Below, in pieces: positions 18,400 to 35,305 of a stretch of 64,000 nucleotides of DNA. The first letter of the stretch is position 1. Every line of letters starts with the position of its first letter. Below the pieces are notes generated by a model. The model did no database searches and was not told where the DNA came from. It saw only the letters and a list, made by a program, of their open reading frames with translations. Origin of the DNA: the human T2T-CHM13v2.0 reference genome, Homo sapiens. The DNA is taken from NCBI RefSeq assembly GCF_009914755.1, contig NC_060942.1; one strand, written 5' to 3'. Made by a program: the position numbers and the translations under genes.

Positions 18400-18710
18400 C
18401 CTCATCAAGTGATCACAATGCAGTAAATTAGAAATCAACATAAAACCAACATAAAAAAGCAAAGTAGAAAAGAAGAAGAATGAGGAGGGAAAAGTTTGTT
18501 TAAAAAAGAAAAGAATAACAAAGCAAACTAGATCCATAACAACCACAAATTCTCTTCACCTTTAGAAAGTGATTAACATTCTTCTAAATAGAACAAAATT
18601 AAATTTAAATTTTAATTACTTAGATAGAATGGAAGTGCAACATATCAAAACCCATAGAATCTAGATAAAGCAATACTTGGAGAAAATTTTGCAGTCCTTT
18701 AAATATACAT
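18400..18710 (+). mobile_element. L1M ORF2 fragment
   Basis: AGTGATCACAATGCAGTAAATTAGAAATCAAC resembles SDHNAxKLEIN (frameshifted), followed by ACATATCAAAAC (TYQN). Confidence 0.55.
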
Positions 18711-18739
18711 TAAATAGGGTTTCCATGAACACCCATGCA

Positions 18740-20028
<1,289 letters not shown>

Positions 20029-20029
20029 A

Positions 20030-20245
<216 letters not shown>

Positions 20246-20263
20246 TGAATTTTTTTTTTTTTT

Positions 20264-20333
20264 GCATATCCATCATCTCAAACACTTATCATTTCTTTTT
20301 TTTTTTTTTTCCTGGTTTTCCTCACTTCTTTTC
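20264..20333 (-). other. Two serial short 3' transduction segments separated by poly(A)
   Basis: Minus strand reads: L1 end, A15-G-A7, GAAAAGAAGTGAGGAAAACCAGG (20333-20311), A15, GAAATGATAAGTGTTTGAGATGATGGATATGC (20295-20264), poly(A), TSD. Confidence 0.8.
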
Positions 20334-20561
20334 TTTTTTTCTTTTTTTTTTTTTTTATTATACTTTAAGTTTTAGGGTACATGTGCACCTTGTGCAGGTT
20401 AGTTACATATGTATACATGTGCCATGCTGGTGCGCTGCACCCACTAACTCGTCATCTAGCATTAGGTATATCTCCCAATGCTATCCCTCCCCCCTCCCCC
20501 CACCACACCACAGTCCCCAGAGTATGATATTCCCCTTCCTGTGTCCATGTGAGCTCAATGT

Positions 20562-24452
<3,891 letters not shown>

Positions 24453-25469
24453 TTACATTTTGTCATGATTTTGCAGCGGCTGGTACCGGTTGTTCCTTTC
24501 CATGTTTAGCGCTTCCTTCAGGAGCTCTTTTAGGGCAGGCCTGGTGGTAATAAAATCTCTCAGCATTTGCTTGTCTGTAAAGTATTTTATTTCTCCTTCA
24601 CTTATGAAGCTTAGTTTGGCTGGATATGAAATTCTGGGTTGAAAATTCTTTTCTTTAAGAATGTTGAATATTGGCCCCCACTCTCTTCTGGCTTGTAGGG
24701 TTTCTGCCGAGAGATCTGCTGTTAGTCTGATGGGCTTCCCTTTGAGGGTAACCCGACCTTTCTCTCTGGCTGCCCTTAACATTTTTTCCTTCATTTCAAC
24801 TTCGGTGAGTCTGACAATTATGTGTCTTGGAGTTGCTCTTCTTGAGGAGTATCTTTGTGGCGTTCTCTGTATTTCCTGAATCTGAACGTTGGCCTGCCTT
24901 GCTAGATTGGGGAAGTTCTCCTGGATAATATCCTGCAGAGTGTTTTCCAACTTGGTTCCATTCTCCCCATCACTTTCAGGTACACCAATCAGACGTAGAT
25001 TTGGTCTTTTCACATAATCCCATATTTCTTGGAGGCTTTGCTCATTTCTTTTTATTCTTTTTTCTCTAAATTTCCCTTCTCACTTCATTTCATTCATTTC
25101 ATCTTCCATTGCTGATACCCTTTCTTCCAGTTGATCGCATTGGCTCCTGAGGCTTCTGCATTCTTCACGTAGTTCTCGAGCCTTGGTTTTCAGCTCCATC
25201 AGCTCCTTTAAGCACTACTCTGTATTGGTTATTCTAGTTATACATTCTTCTAAATTTTTTTCAAAGTTTTCAACTTCTTTGCCTTTGGTTTGAATGTCCT
25301 CCCGTAGCTCAGAGTAATTTGATCATCTGAAGCCTTCTCCTCTCAGCTCGTCAAAGTCATTCTCCATCCAGCTTTGTTCCGTTGCTGGTGAGGAACTGCG
25401 TTCCTTTGGAGGAGGAGAGACGCTCTGCGTTTTAGAGTTTCCAGTTTTTCTGTTCTGTTTTTTCCCCAT
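24453..25469 (-). pseudogene. ORF1: LINE-1 ORF1 (338 codons), disabled by three nonsense codons
   Basis: ATG GGG AAA AAA CAG at 25469 to TAA at 24453 is 1017 nt with no net frameshift. Stops are TGA 25323-25325 (codon 49), TAG 25215-25217 (codon 85) and TGA 25080-25082 (codon 130). REKG, ARR and YPAKLS motifs are retained. Confidence 0.95.
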
Positions 25470-26361
25470 CTTTGTGGTTTTATCTACTTTTGGTCTTTGA
25501 TGATGGTGATGTACAGATGGGTTTTCGGTGTGGATGTCCTTTCTGTTTGTTAGTTTTCCTTCTAACAGACAGCACCTTCAGTTGCAGGTCTGTTGGAGTA
25601 CCCTGTCAGTGTGCCCCTGCTGGGGGGTGCCTCCCAGTTAGGCTGCTCGGGGGTCAGGGGTCAGGGACCCACTTGTGGAGGCAGTCTGCCGGTTCTCAGA
25701 TCTCCATCTGCGTGCTGGGAGAACCACTGCTCTCTTCAAAGCTGTCAGACAGGGACATTTAAGTCTGCGGAGGTTACTGCTGTCTTTTTGTTTGTCTGTG
25801 CCCTGCCCCCAGAGGTGGGGCCTACAGTGGCAGGCAGGCCTCCTTGAGCTGTGGTGGGCTCCACCCAGTTTGAGCTTCCCAGCTGCTTTGTTTTCCTAAG
25901 CAAGACTGGGCAATGGCGGGCGCCCCTCCCCCAGCCTCGCTGCCGCCTTGCAGTTTGATCTCAGACTGCTGTGCTAGCAATCAGTGAGACTCCGTGGGCG
26001 TAGGACCCTCCGAGCCAGGTGTGGGATATAGTCTCGTGGTGCGCCGTTTTTTAAGCCGGTCTGAAAAGTGCAATATTCGGGTGGGAGTGACCCGATTTTC
26101 CAGGTGCGTCCGTCACCCCTTTCTTTGACTCGGAAAGGGAACTCCCTGGCCCCTTGTGCTTCCCAGGTGAGGCAATGCCTCGCCCTGCTTCGGCTCGCAC
26201 ACGGTGCGCGCACCCACTGGCCTGCGCCCACTGTCTGGCACTCCCTAGTGAGATGCACCCGGTACCTCAGATGGAAATGCAGAAATCACCCGTCTTCTGC
26301 ATCGCTCACGCTGGGAGCTGTAGACCGGAGCTGTTCCTATTCGGCCATCTTGGCTCCTCCC
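25470..26361 (-). promoter_or_regulatory. L1 5'UTR internal Pol II promoter and antisense promoter (CpG-rich)
   Basis: YY1 motif AAGATGGCCG at 26342-26351, the RUNX3-region TGCATTTCCATCTGAGGTA, a SOX-type AACAAAG site and many retained CpGs. Confidence 0.88.
25913..26128 (+). pseudogene. ORF0: L1 ORF0 (antisense 71-codon ORF) truncated at codon 25
   Basis: ATG GCG GGC GCC CCT... encodes MAGAPPPASLPPCSLISDCCASNQ, then TGA at 25985-25987 (CGA in the recalled consensus). The canonical stop TGA at 26126-26128 is in frame. Confidence 0.88.
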
Positions 26362-27565
26362 CTAATTTTTTGAATTTTTAGTAGACATGGGGTTTCACCG
26401 TGTTAGCCAGGATGAGGACTCACAAGTTTTTTATTTAATATACATATATAAAATTTTGACAATGTATTTTAAGCCTTCTTTGGGTAACCTTCTTGGAAGT
26501 AGAGATTCTTGAAGTAAGTTTGTGACAGTCAGCCAAGTTTCATTCTAGAAAAGCAAAATTTGGAACTCCCGCCACCAGTGTATTAAAATGCTTATGTTAT
26601 AACTAGCTGTATTTTCAGGTGATTGAACGTTGTCAATATGATGGGTGAAATGTGGACACGGACTCGTGTGATTTCACAGTTTGTGTTTACTAATAAGCTT
26701 ATGAGTTTATTTCCTATTTGTATTGGTTGGCTCTCCTGTTTTGGTTTTTGCTGTTGCTTTTGTTTGTAATGTTGATATTTTTCTTACTGAATTTTTTAAG
26801 GATACATACTTTGACATACAATTGTCCTTAAAATATCTTCCCTGCCAATTATAACTGTGCTGCAAATATTTACTAAAGTCCCTGCGGCTCTGCAGGGACT
26901 CTTCTCCAGTGCAGGAAATTTCTCTCATCTTACTTTTTGAAAATTATCAGGGGGATGGTCAGCCTCTCCCTCACCTATCTGAAACCTAAGCCCCTGGCTT
27001 CTTATTTATTTTTTGTAGCCTGATGTCCTGTGGAGACCAATGCCTCTGTAGGACTGACATCTAGCAGTTTATTTCTCTTTTATCCATGAATACTGTACGT
27101 CAAGTTAGCTTTAACTCTATGTTCTGGTCTTAGCGTAAGTCTTGTTTTAAGCTTCATTTTCCATATAGATACAATAGCCTTGGCTTCTGCTTGTCTTGGA
27201 GGAAGATTTTGACAAGCAGAAGATATATTTGAAAGAATATAGATTGCGAAGGCCTTTAAATTCCCAACTTGTATGTGTTCCATCTAGCTTAGCAGTCCTC
27301 AGGGTGTGGCCCAGGATCTTCCGGGGATTCCAAAGGTCCTTTCAGAAAGTCAGCAAGGTCAAAACTATTTTCATAATAAAACTAAGACATCATTTGTCTT
27401 TTTAACTCACACTTTTCTGATGAGCCTATGGTGGAGTTTTCCAAAGGCTACATGATTTGTGATACTGCATCAGATTAAAGGCAGATACACACATGAGAAC
27501 CTAGCTATCTTCTATTCAATCAGTCATCAAATAAATTTTCAAAAATTCAAAGCAATAATACTATT

Positions 27566-27962
27566 TGACATAGTTTGGATATTTGTCCCTGCACAAATCT
27601 CATTTGGAATTGTAGTCCCAAAGGTTGGAGTTGGGGCCTGGTAGGAAATGTTTGGATTATGAGAGCAAATCCTGCATGACTTGGTCCTGTCTCTGTAATA
27701 GTGAGTTCTTCTGAGATATGGTCACTTAAAAGTGTGTGACACCTCCCCCGCAAGTCTCTCTTGCTTGCTCCTGCTTTTGCTGTGTGACTTGCATGATCCC
27801 ATTTAACCTTCCTCCATGATCGTAAGCTTCCTGAGGCCTCTCTGGAAGCTGAGCAGATGCCATCTAAAGCCTGCAGAACCATGAGCTAATTAAAAGTCTT
27901 TTCTTTATAAATTACCCAGCCTCAGATATTTCTTTATAGCAAAGCAAAAATGGCCTAAGAAA
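27566..27962 (+). mobile_element. MSTA-like MaLR solo LTR
   Basis: TGACATAGTTTGGATATTTGTCCC...TTTATAAATTACCCAGCCTCAG, with a 5-bp TSD CTATT at 27561-27565 and 27963-27967. Confidence 0.88.
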
Positions 27963-28076
27963 CTATTTCTTCTATTTCTTCTAACATGATTTTTTAAATA
28001 ATTATTTTCAGAAAAATATGCTACTGACATTAACATTTAATTGGTTATTTTACATTTTTCTTTAAAATAAATTAAT

Positions 28077-28217
28077 GGCTGGGTGCAGTGGGTCACACCT
28101 GTAATACAGAACTTAGGGAAGCTGAGGAGGGAGCAGAGCTTCAGCCCAGGAGTTCAAGACCTGCCTGGGCAACATAGCAAGACCCCATTCTCCACAAAAA
28201 GAGAAAAAGACAAAAAT
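28077..28217 (+). pseudogene. BC200 (BCYRN1)-derived retropseudogene (monomeric Alu domain and A-rich region)
   Basis: Monomer with BC200-type positions TTAGGGAAGC, GACCTGCCTGGGCAA and CCCCATTCTCCACAAAAAG...AAAAGACAAAAA. TSD AAAATAAATTAA at 28064-28075 and 28218-28229, at a TTT/AAAA site. Confidence 0.75.
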
Positions 28218-29198
28218 AAAATAAATTAACAAATATTTAATTTTGTCTCAACATTACTTTCTGATAGATAAAACCCACATGAACAAAAGCAGCAACAAGT
28301 AACAATTTTAAAACTAACAAAAAAAATTATGCTACCTCTCTGGTGAAAAGCCATTAATGACTATACTGTGTATAGAAATTTATTTTAATTGCCAGAACTC
28401 TATACTGCATGTGTTTGACTCATAACTGCGTGACCAACCTCTACCCAACTTACTTTCTTTCACTTCAAAGGTGTTATTGACATGACCTTCTTTCAGTTGC
28501 TCTAAGGTATCATTTCTTTTTCCAACAATTGGCCTTCACAGATATTGCTCCCTTAAATTCACATTAATGCCTTCTCAGGCTGTGTTGTATTATCTCATCT
28601 CTTAGGTCTCCTTGAAAAACACTTCCTTGGAGATACCATTCCTGTATTACTGCTTGTCCAATCTTTAATAACTTTCTCATTCTCTTTTCTAGCACCTTGT
28701 CTTTTTTCCATATAGAACTTATTAGTATAATAAGCATAGCAGAGTACAAAAGGGCTTGAGCTAAATTAGCTCCTGGCCATGGCAGGCAGATACTCCCCAG
28801 CAAGAGTCAGCTGTAGAGCTCACTTCACTTTCTGGTTTCCCATTCTCTGCCCAGACACTTAGGAACACTAATTTTCTTGTCATTTCCATGACAGATTCCA
28901 AAGTTCACATTTTAAATAAAATTTCTAGAATTTTATTTATTTTTAATGGAAGAGTTCTGAAATCCTGCCAGAGTCGATGCCCTATGTAGAGTCTTTCCAA
29001 GTACATTTATAGAGATTTGTATATTAGAGTGTAAGCATCAAAAGACAAGGGGAAAGCATTATATCACACACACACACACAAACATATACACACACTATTA
29101 TCTAGCTGACAAAAACAGTGAGTTATTTGATCAAATATATGATATGATGATTTGTGATTATTTTAATATAAAAATTCAAATATTGATGTTTTCTGGAC

Positions 29199-29606
29199 TG
29201 TGTTTAGTCCATTTTGCATTGCTATAAAGGAATACCTGAGGCTGGGTAATTTATAAAGAGAAGAGATGTATTTGCCTCATTGTTCTGAAGGCTGCACAAA
29301 AAGCATGGCACTAGTAGCTGCTTCTGGTGAGGGCCTCTGGGAGCTTCCAAACATAGTGGAAGGGGCAAGGGATTTGGCATGTCACATGTTGAGGGGAAGC
29401 GAGGGCTATGCCAGGCTCTTTTAAATGGCCAGCTCTCATGTGAACAAATAGAATGAGAACTCACTCATTATTGGAGGGAGGGCACCAAGTCATTAATGAG
29501 GGATCCACCCTCATGACCCAAACACCTTCAATGAGGCCCTACCTCCAATGCTGGGGATCATAGCTTGATAAGAGGTTTGGAAGGGGCAGAAATCCAACTT
29601 ATATCA
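29199..29606 (-). mobile_element. MSTB-like MaLR solo LTR
   Basis: TTAGTCCATTTTGCATTGCTATAAAGGAATACCTGAGGCTGGGTAATTTATAAAG...ATCCAACTTATATCA. Confidence 0.87.
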
Positions 29607-30299
29607 CCTGTCTTCATCACCATCATCACACAACATTTGCTAATTGCCAAGTGCACTCAATTAAAATTTGGTAGAGGATGGGCTTATGTTGTTTTAAAGA
29701 AAGGGCTGTCAGATGTGATACCATTTTTTTCTGGATCTTGTAGACTTCTGGGACAGAGGTTGACTTGAATAAAATGTTAACAGAAGGGTTGGCTTAGAAT
29801 ATTGAAGGGAAGTAGACCATCCATTCAACAAAAGAAATGTGAAGGCACAACTAACAATGCAGTGATATCCTTAACTTGTTTGTAGATTGTTGAATTACTC
29901 AGGATGCTTAGAATTTATTAGGATTTCTATACCTTAAAAGAACAGGGAGTTATCAGAAAAAGTATCTATCACCAGAGTGGGGCACAGACCCAGTTTGAGA
30001 AGAGAATGTCTATATTCTACCCTCACTCCTTTTGTGTGTTCCTTAGTTTTCCATTCAAGAAAGTACGTAATAATGGAAGGTCAATGCTTTCGCGCCACCT
30101 GAAATCATGCTAGTTCTAGAGAAAAGTAAAAGATGTTATTAAAAATTATAGGCTTGATGCAGGAAATGCAGAAGAAGGGATGCATTGAGAAGAAAGGGCC
30201 TGCCCTGGTTCTCTAAGATGACACAATCTATGTGCTGCTGCTTCTTCATCTTTGGCTTTCCACAGTACAAAATTCTAGTTCTTTCTTATGCAAGCATAC

Positions 30300-30843
30300 T
30301 GTAACCATTAAATAAAGAGGAAAGAAACCCTAAAAGCAGCTCAACAGTCAAAGACTGTTTATTTTGGAGAATAAACCTGAGAGGGGCTTCAGGCCGAGTT
30401 AGGTCAGAGGCACTCTCTCTTACAGACTCAGAGTTTTTTAGGATTCAAGGTGGCAGACCTTATCAGAGGCTTGAACTGTTTCTGTGTCTCTTTGTGTGCT
30501 TATCTGGGAGGCAGAGTCTTGTGTCTGTTCCCATACATCTTCCTGCAGCTGCAGGCATACCCCTCAGTCTGCTTTTAGCTTCCCTAAGTGCACCTAAAAG
30601 GAAAGGAATGCACCTATTAAAGCCCACTGTTTTACTGGGGCCCATTGTATGAGTGTGAAGTTTGGTGTTTACCCAAGAGACTTTCCCGCCTCCCTCTGTC
30701 CCCAAGCTGTCTTATCTGTGTTTTACTGTCTGCTCTTCCTGGCTGCTTGTTGTTAGAAGAGAAGCGATTTCCTTGAAATGCATGAGGTTAGAAACGGAGC
30801 TGGAACTTAAAGTGTCCAAGATGACGGTGCTCCTGCAGTGTCA
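30300..30843 (-). mobile_element. ERV solo LTR (probably ERV1, MER61-like; family uncertain)
   Basis: 544 bp with TG...CA termini and a perfect 5-bp TSD CATAC at 30295-30299 and 30844-30848. Confidence 0.8.
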
Positions 30844-33164
30844 CATACTACTTGTGAACTGAGCACAATTCACACAATTCTTTCAATATTTTGTCAAAAA
30901 TGGTTCCTCTATATTGCAGGTCTATATGGATAGCATGGTGATGGGAAAAAGTCTAGTTTTTTGTTTTGTTTGGTTTTTTAATCACCACAGAAGTGAGAAT
31001 GAACCTGCCGTATTCTCTTCCTGTCTGTCTCTGAGCAATCAAACTCAGAGATTGATTGCTCTCTGAGTAATCAATTGTTTTCTCATCTGGGAATGAGAAT
31101 AATAGGCATGGTTGTGAAAGTTAGAGATGATATGAGTATGCACAGTGGGCTCTCCAAAGTTAGTCTCTTTGATAGATATTACAGTTATTACAATACACAT
31201 TACACTTACTAAATGTGACCAATTGAGAGACATGGATTTTATATATATCATCTAATTCTTCCTCTGTATATAATATATTGGATATGTTGCATGCCAATAC
31301 ATGTACTGTCTCTGCTTCCTTTTCTGTATGTACAAATCTAAGTTGTCTACCCAATTCCATCCACTGAGGACAAAGAGTGGCCTTAAACAACTAGGGTGGC
31401 CATATTTGTGCCTAAAAGCTGCTCTACCTCATATTTATCTAAATTCAATATTCATATTAAATATCTCTTTCTCCTTGATGTCTTTATTGATACCATCTAC
31501 TGTTCACAAAGCCTCTTTCACTGAATTCCCATAGCACATTTTAACATGTCTATTTTATTTTAGAGAATTGAATACCTTTTCGTTAGCCTGTTTCTCATGT
31601 TATAATTTCCATGCCCCATCCCCTAAGTAGATTACAATGATTTTCAGAAAGGCAGCATGTCACACTTCTTTCATAACTTATAATATCATAGGCAATATCT
31701 GCATATTAAAAACACTTCAAAATATTTGTAAATTTTATGAAATTAGTCTGTTCGGAATGAGGAGTGACACGTTCATTGTTCCCCATCCATTGTTGATCTC
31801 TCTTTTATTCTCAGCTTTGCCAGCTCTGTACCCAGCCAGAGACCCATCACTGCAAATGCATTTGCCTTGATTTGGAGATTGTGCCACTGTGCCAGAATAG
31901 AACAAACCCTTTTATTTACACACATTCAGTACAATAGCCTCCTCCTATTCTGAAGTGGAATAAGTTTCCAAGTGTGATTGCTTTTGAAGAAGAAAGTTCC
32001 TGTAAGAAGAAGCTAGAAAGATTTTTGCTCTCACTCTGACTGCATTTTTTAATCATCACTGTTTGCCCCTCCAGTGCGTCCAGCCCTTTCCAAAGCCAGG
32101 CTCATGATTTTGATGGACCATCGTGGCTAAATACAGTATATCATTTCAGCAGGCTCTTCACATTGTGTTATTGTTAATGATGTTTTTTATTTACCAGAAA
32201 CATAGGCAATATGATATTACTCTCATTCAGTGAGCTCAGCAGGAGACTTTTTAAAAGTGTAATGCATTTGCTCTAATGTCTCTGATCAGGTGGATCCGGC
32301 CTGGAAAAACTCCAAGTTGGATAATTACATTTTTGCTACCTATAATTTCCACCACCCCTTTGAGAGCTCGTAGCATTCTTCTCCTTTCAAACTCAACACA
32401 TGTGTGGTGTTTGCTGAACACTATTTTAAAGAGAAAAGAAAATCAGTCAGGCTTAACCTCAGGAGGTAAGGGAAACAATCAAAGAACCAGAGTGGTCAGA
32501 GTAAGCCCTACTAAAATTGCAACATCATTGAAGTTTGCCTTTATTTTTCTTCATCCCTTCAAGGTACGTGTCCTCATTGCTCCTTTTTCATGACCCATCT
32601 TTTCTCCCTTTCAGATCAATAGTATTCTCATGCTATTCTGATTTCGCCAATGAGAGGAAGAAATCTAATGAAATCATTCTTATCAAAGCACACAGATAGC
32701 ATTTGATAACTTGTCCAGAGATACTTAAACCTTAAAAAATGATAGTTACTGAAAAAGGCAAGGAAAACACAAAGGGGCAGATTTTCAAACAGGGGAAGTT
32801 TAGAGTCCTTGTGCTATAAGGAAAGAGGAAATCTCAAGTGATGAGTGAGTAACATGTACCTTGTATGCCCTCTCCTGCTAACACCCCAAAACCACGCTGC
32901 TTTTAAAGGTAAAAAGAAATATTAGAGTCTGCATTTTATTGTCTCTAATAGGTTACATTTGCATACAAGGCTCTTTGCACATAAGGTTTGACTGGGTCAA
33001 GGAGAATGTTTTTAACATTTTAAATATTTTACGGTTTTTAATATAAGATGCCCCAGCCCTAGAATCAACTTTTTTTTTTAAGAGCAAAAGCACCTGAAGC
33101 CAAGTGATTAAGGTGAATGAATGAGTTGAATAATGATATCCTGGCAATCAGGCAATCATCATCA

Positions 33165-33432
33165 TATAGATGTATATATATGATGTATATATATGTGTGT
33201 ATATATTATGTACATATGCATATATAATGATATTCTATTGTCAGTATATCATTGTTGTCAGTATATCTATTGTCAGTATATCACACACACACATATATAT
33301 ACATCATATATACACACATCACATATATACACACATATATACATTTTATATATATGTGAGATCCATATATATATTTTATGGATCTCAAGCTCATATATAT
33401 ATGTGTGTGTGTGTGTGTGCATATATATACTT
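33165..33432. repeat. Compound (TA)/(CA)/(TG) low-complexity region
   Basis: Alternating purine-pyrimidine dinucleotide tracts. Confidence 0.85.
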
Positions 33433-33490
33433 ATGACCTTGAGATATTTATGGATATTGAGATATTTGTGGATCTCAAAGTATCATGTGT

Positions 33491-33715
33491 ATATATATAC
33501 ACACATGTATATGTATATACAGATCTATATATACACACACGTATATGTATATACAGATCTATATATACACACACGTATATGTATATACAGATCTATATAT
33601 ACACACACGTATATGTATATACAGATCTATATATACACACACGTATATGTATATACAGATATATATACACACACGTATATGTATATACAGCTATATATAT
33701 ATATGTATATATATG
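33491..33715. repeat. 34-bp minisatellite, about 6 units (AGATCTATATATACACACACGTATATGTATATAC)
   Basis: AGATCT recurs at 33521, 33555, 33589 and 33623 (period 34), with variant units at 33657 and 33689. Confidence 0.93.
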
Positions 33716-35112
33716 AAACCTTGAGACCCGTAAAATAACAAGACTAATTTTCAGTTCTGTCTGGTGAAATCAGAAGGGTCACCAGAGCTGCATATTGATC
33801 TTTATATCACAATTGTAAGAAGAGATGACTTTAAAGGGGAAACTCTTCCTTTAGCATGTATTGCCTTCCTTGAATGTTTCACATTAGTTTTTAATAGACA
33901 TCTGTGAGCTACTCTTACCCTTTTCGTTTTTCTTCTTTTTGAGCACCTGGGTACTCATAGCATCCTCATAGTATGCATAAGCTCATTCCAAGCTCTACCT
34001 CAGACTCGTATGTGGTTTACTATCTAGACAATTGCTCAGTTGACAAGAGCTGACATCACTATAATGTAGGAGCCTGGAATGTACTTACAGAACTTTAGTT
34101 CAGTCTATAATATTATAGTTCAAAGCTGAGAAATGTAGGTTATATTACATACATTTATCACTCTCTTTTTCTAATGTACCTTAATTTTGTTGATTCCATG
34201 GAAATGTCTGGGGGAAATTTGCTTTGTTACTCAGTATATCACCTTTCTTTGCTCTTCTGATGTTACAGACAGGCGCATGTCACTTTTGCCTACAAGTTAT
34301 TTGAGGCAGAGTTGAACAGAATGATAGATTTCTTTCTGCACTGGACTGAGGCCAAGACCAAGGTGATTCTTAAGGGAGTTGGCCACATACCAATTCACCA
34401 ATTCACCTGGTGGGTGGTGGATAAAATCAACCATCCTCCGATGGTCTAGAAAAGGAGCTAATTTTTTGAGCATTATGATCATTTAAATTTTAGAAGTGTT
34501 GCATTTTAGATACAGGCAGGACATAAAGTGAAAACATATTCCAAATGGCAAACACAGTTGCATACCATTTAAAAGAAAAATATGGTATTAGGAGACTCAT
34601 CCTTTCTTTGGAGTCCCTTTTAAATGCAACCAATGGCCCTTGTTTAACTTTTGGGCTTATATTCCAAGTCACCAATATTTCTGCTCATCTGGTTTGTCAT
34701 TTCTTGCTTGTGCGTTCCTCTGCTTTTCTGTCCCATTTTGGCAGTAAATTTTGCTCAGGTTTTGAGTCTCATGTCTTGAACTTGTAATATAGGCTTAGAT
34801 TAGTGTGACCTTTGAATATCATCATCCCACAGCTTCTGGTATTTTCCCATTGGTTTTGGTACCACAAACACAGTCCATCAGTGACATATCTGAGTTCTTT
34901 GTCCTGCATTTACTTTTTCATGTTCATTGACTTTTTTTGAGTGTAAGAGTCCTTCCGTATTTCTTTCTACTGCCTTTTCTAGCTTCACCATTTAATTAAA
35001 TGCCAGTGTTTTTCAAAGCACAATTCACAAGCCTCTCCAACCTTGACCATTGCTTTATCTTTCAGGAATTTTGTCCATACTTACAGGATTAGCTCTACTT
35101 ATTAGAACAAAG

Positions 35113-35305
35113 ACTGGCAACTTTTTAAATAAAAGGCCATATAGTAAATATTGTAGGCTTTGCAGGCTACTTCTGGTCTCTTTTTTCAGTCTTTCATGTA
35201 TTCATTTTTGCTTTTTGTTTGTTTGTTTTTATAACCCTTTGAAATGTTAAATAAATATTCACTTTTGGATCATACAAAACACTTAACTGATTCCTGTACT
35301 AGGGA
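35113..35305 (+). mobile_element. MER58-like hAT fragment
   Basis: GGCAACTTTTT...AAAAGGCCATATAGTAAATATTGTAGGCTTTGCAGGC. Confidence 0.55.

Larger units (their letters stand above)
27290..28300 (+). mobile_element. hAT Charlie1-family element hosting an MSTA LTR and a BC200 retrocopy
   Basis: AAGGTCAAAACTATTTTCATAATAAAACTAAGAC...GGTGGAGTTTTCCAAAGGCTACATGA resembles the recalled Charlie1-type 5' region. Confidence 0.65.

Noticed and set aside
24453-25013. The 186-aa ORF as an independent gene
   Set aside because: It is ORF1 codons 153-338, opened at a GTG (Val) after the R130X stop.
33491-33715. CRISPR-like array
   Set aside because: The units are head-to-tail with no unique spacers, there are no cas genes, and the context is primate DNA.
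33170-33738. Tyr/Ile/His-rich ORFs of 79-181 aa
   Set aside because: They are translations of alternating dinucleotide repeats, which lack stop codons.
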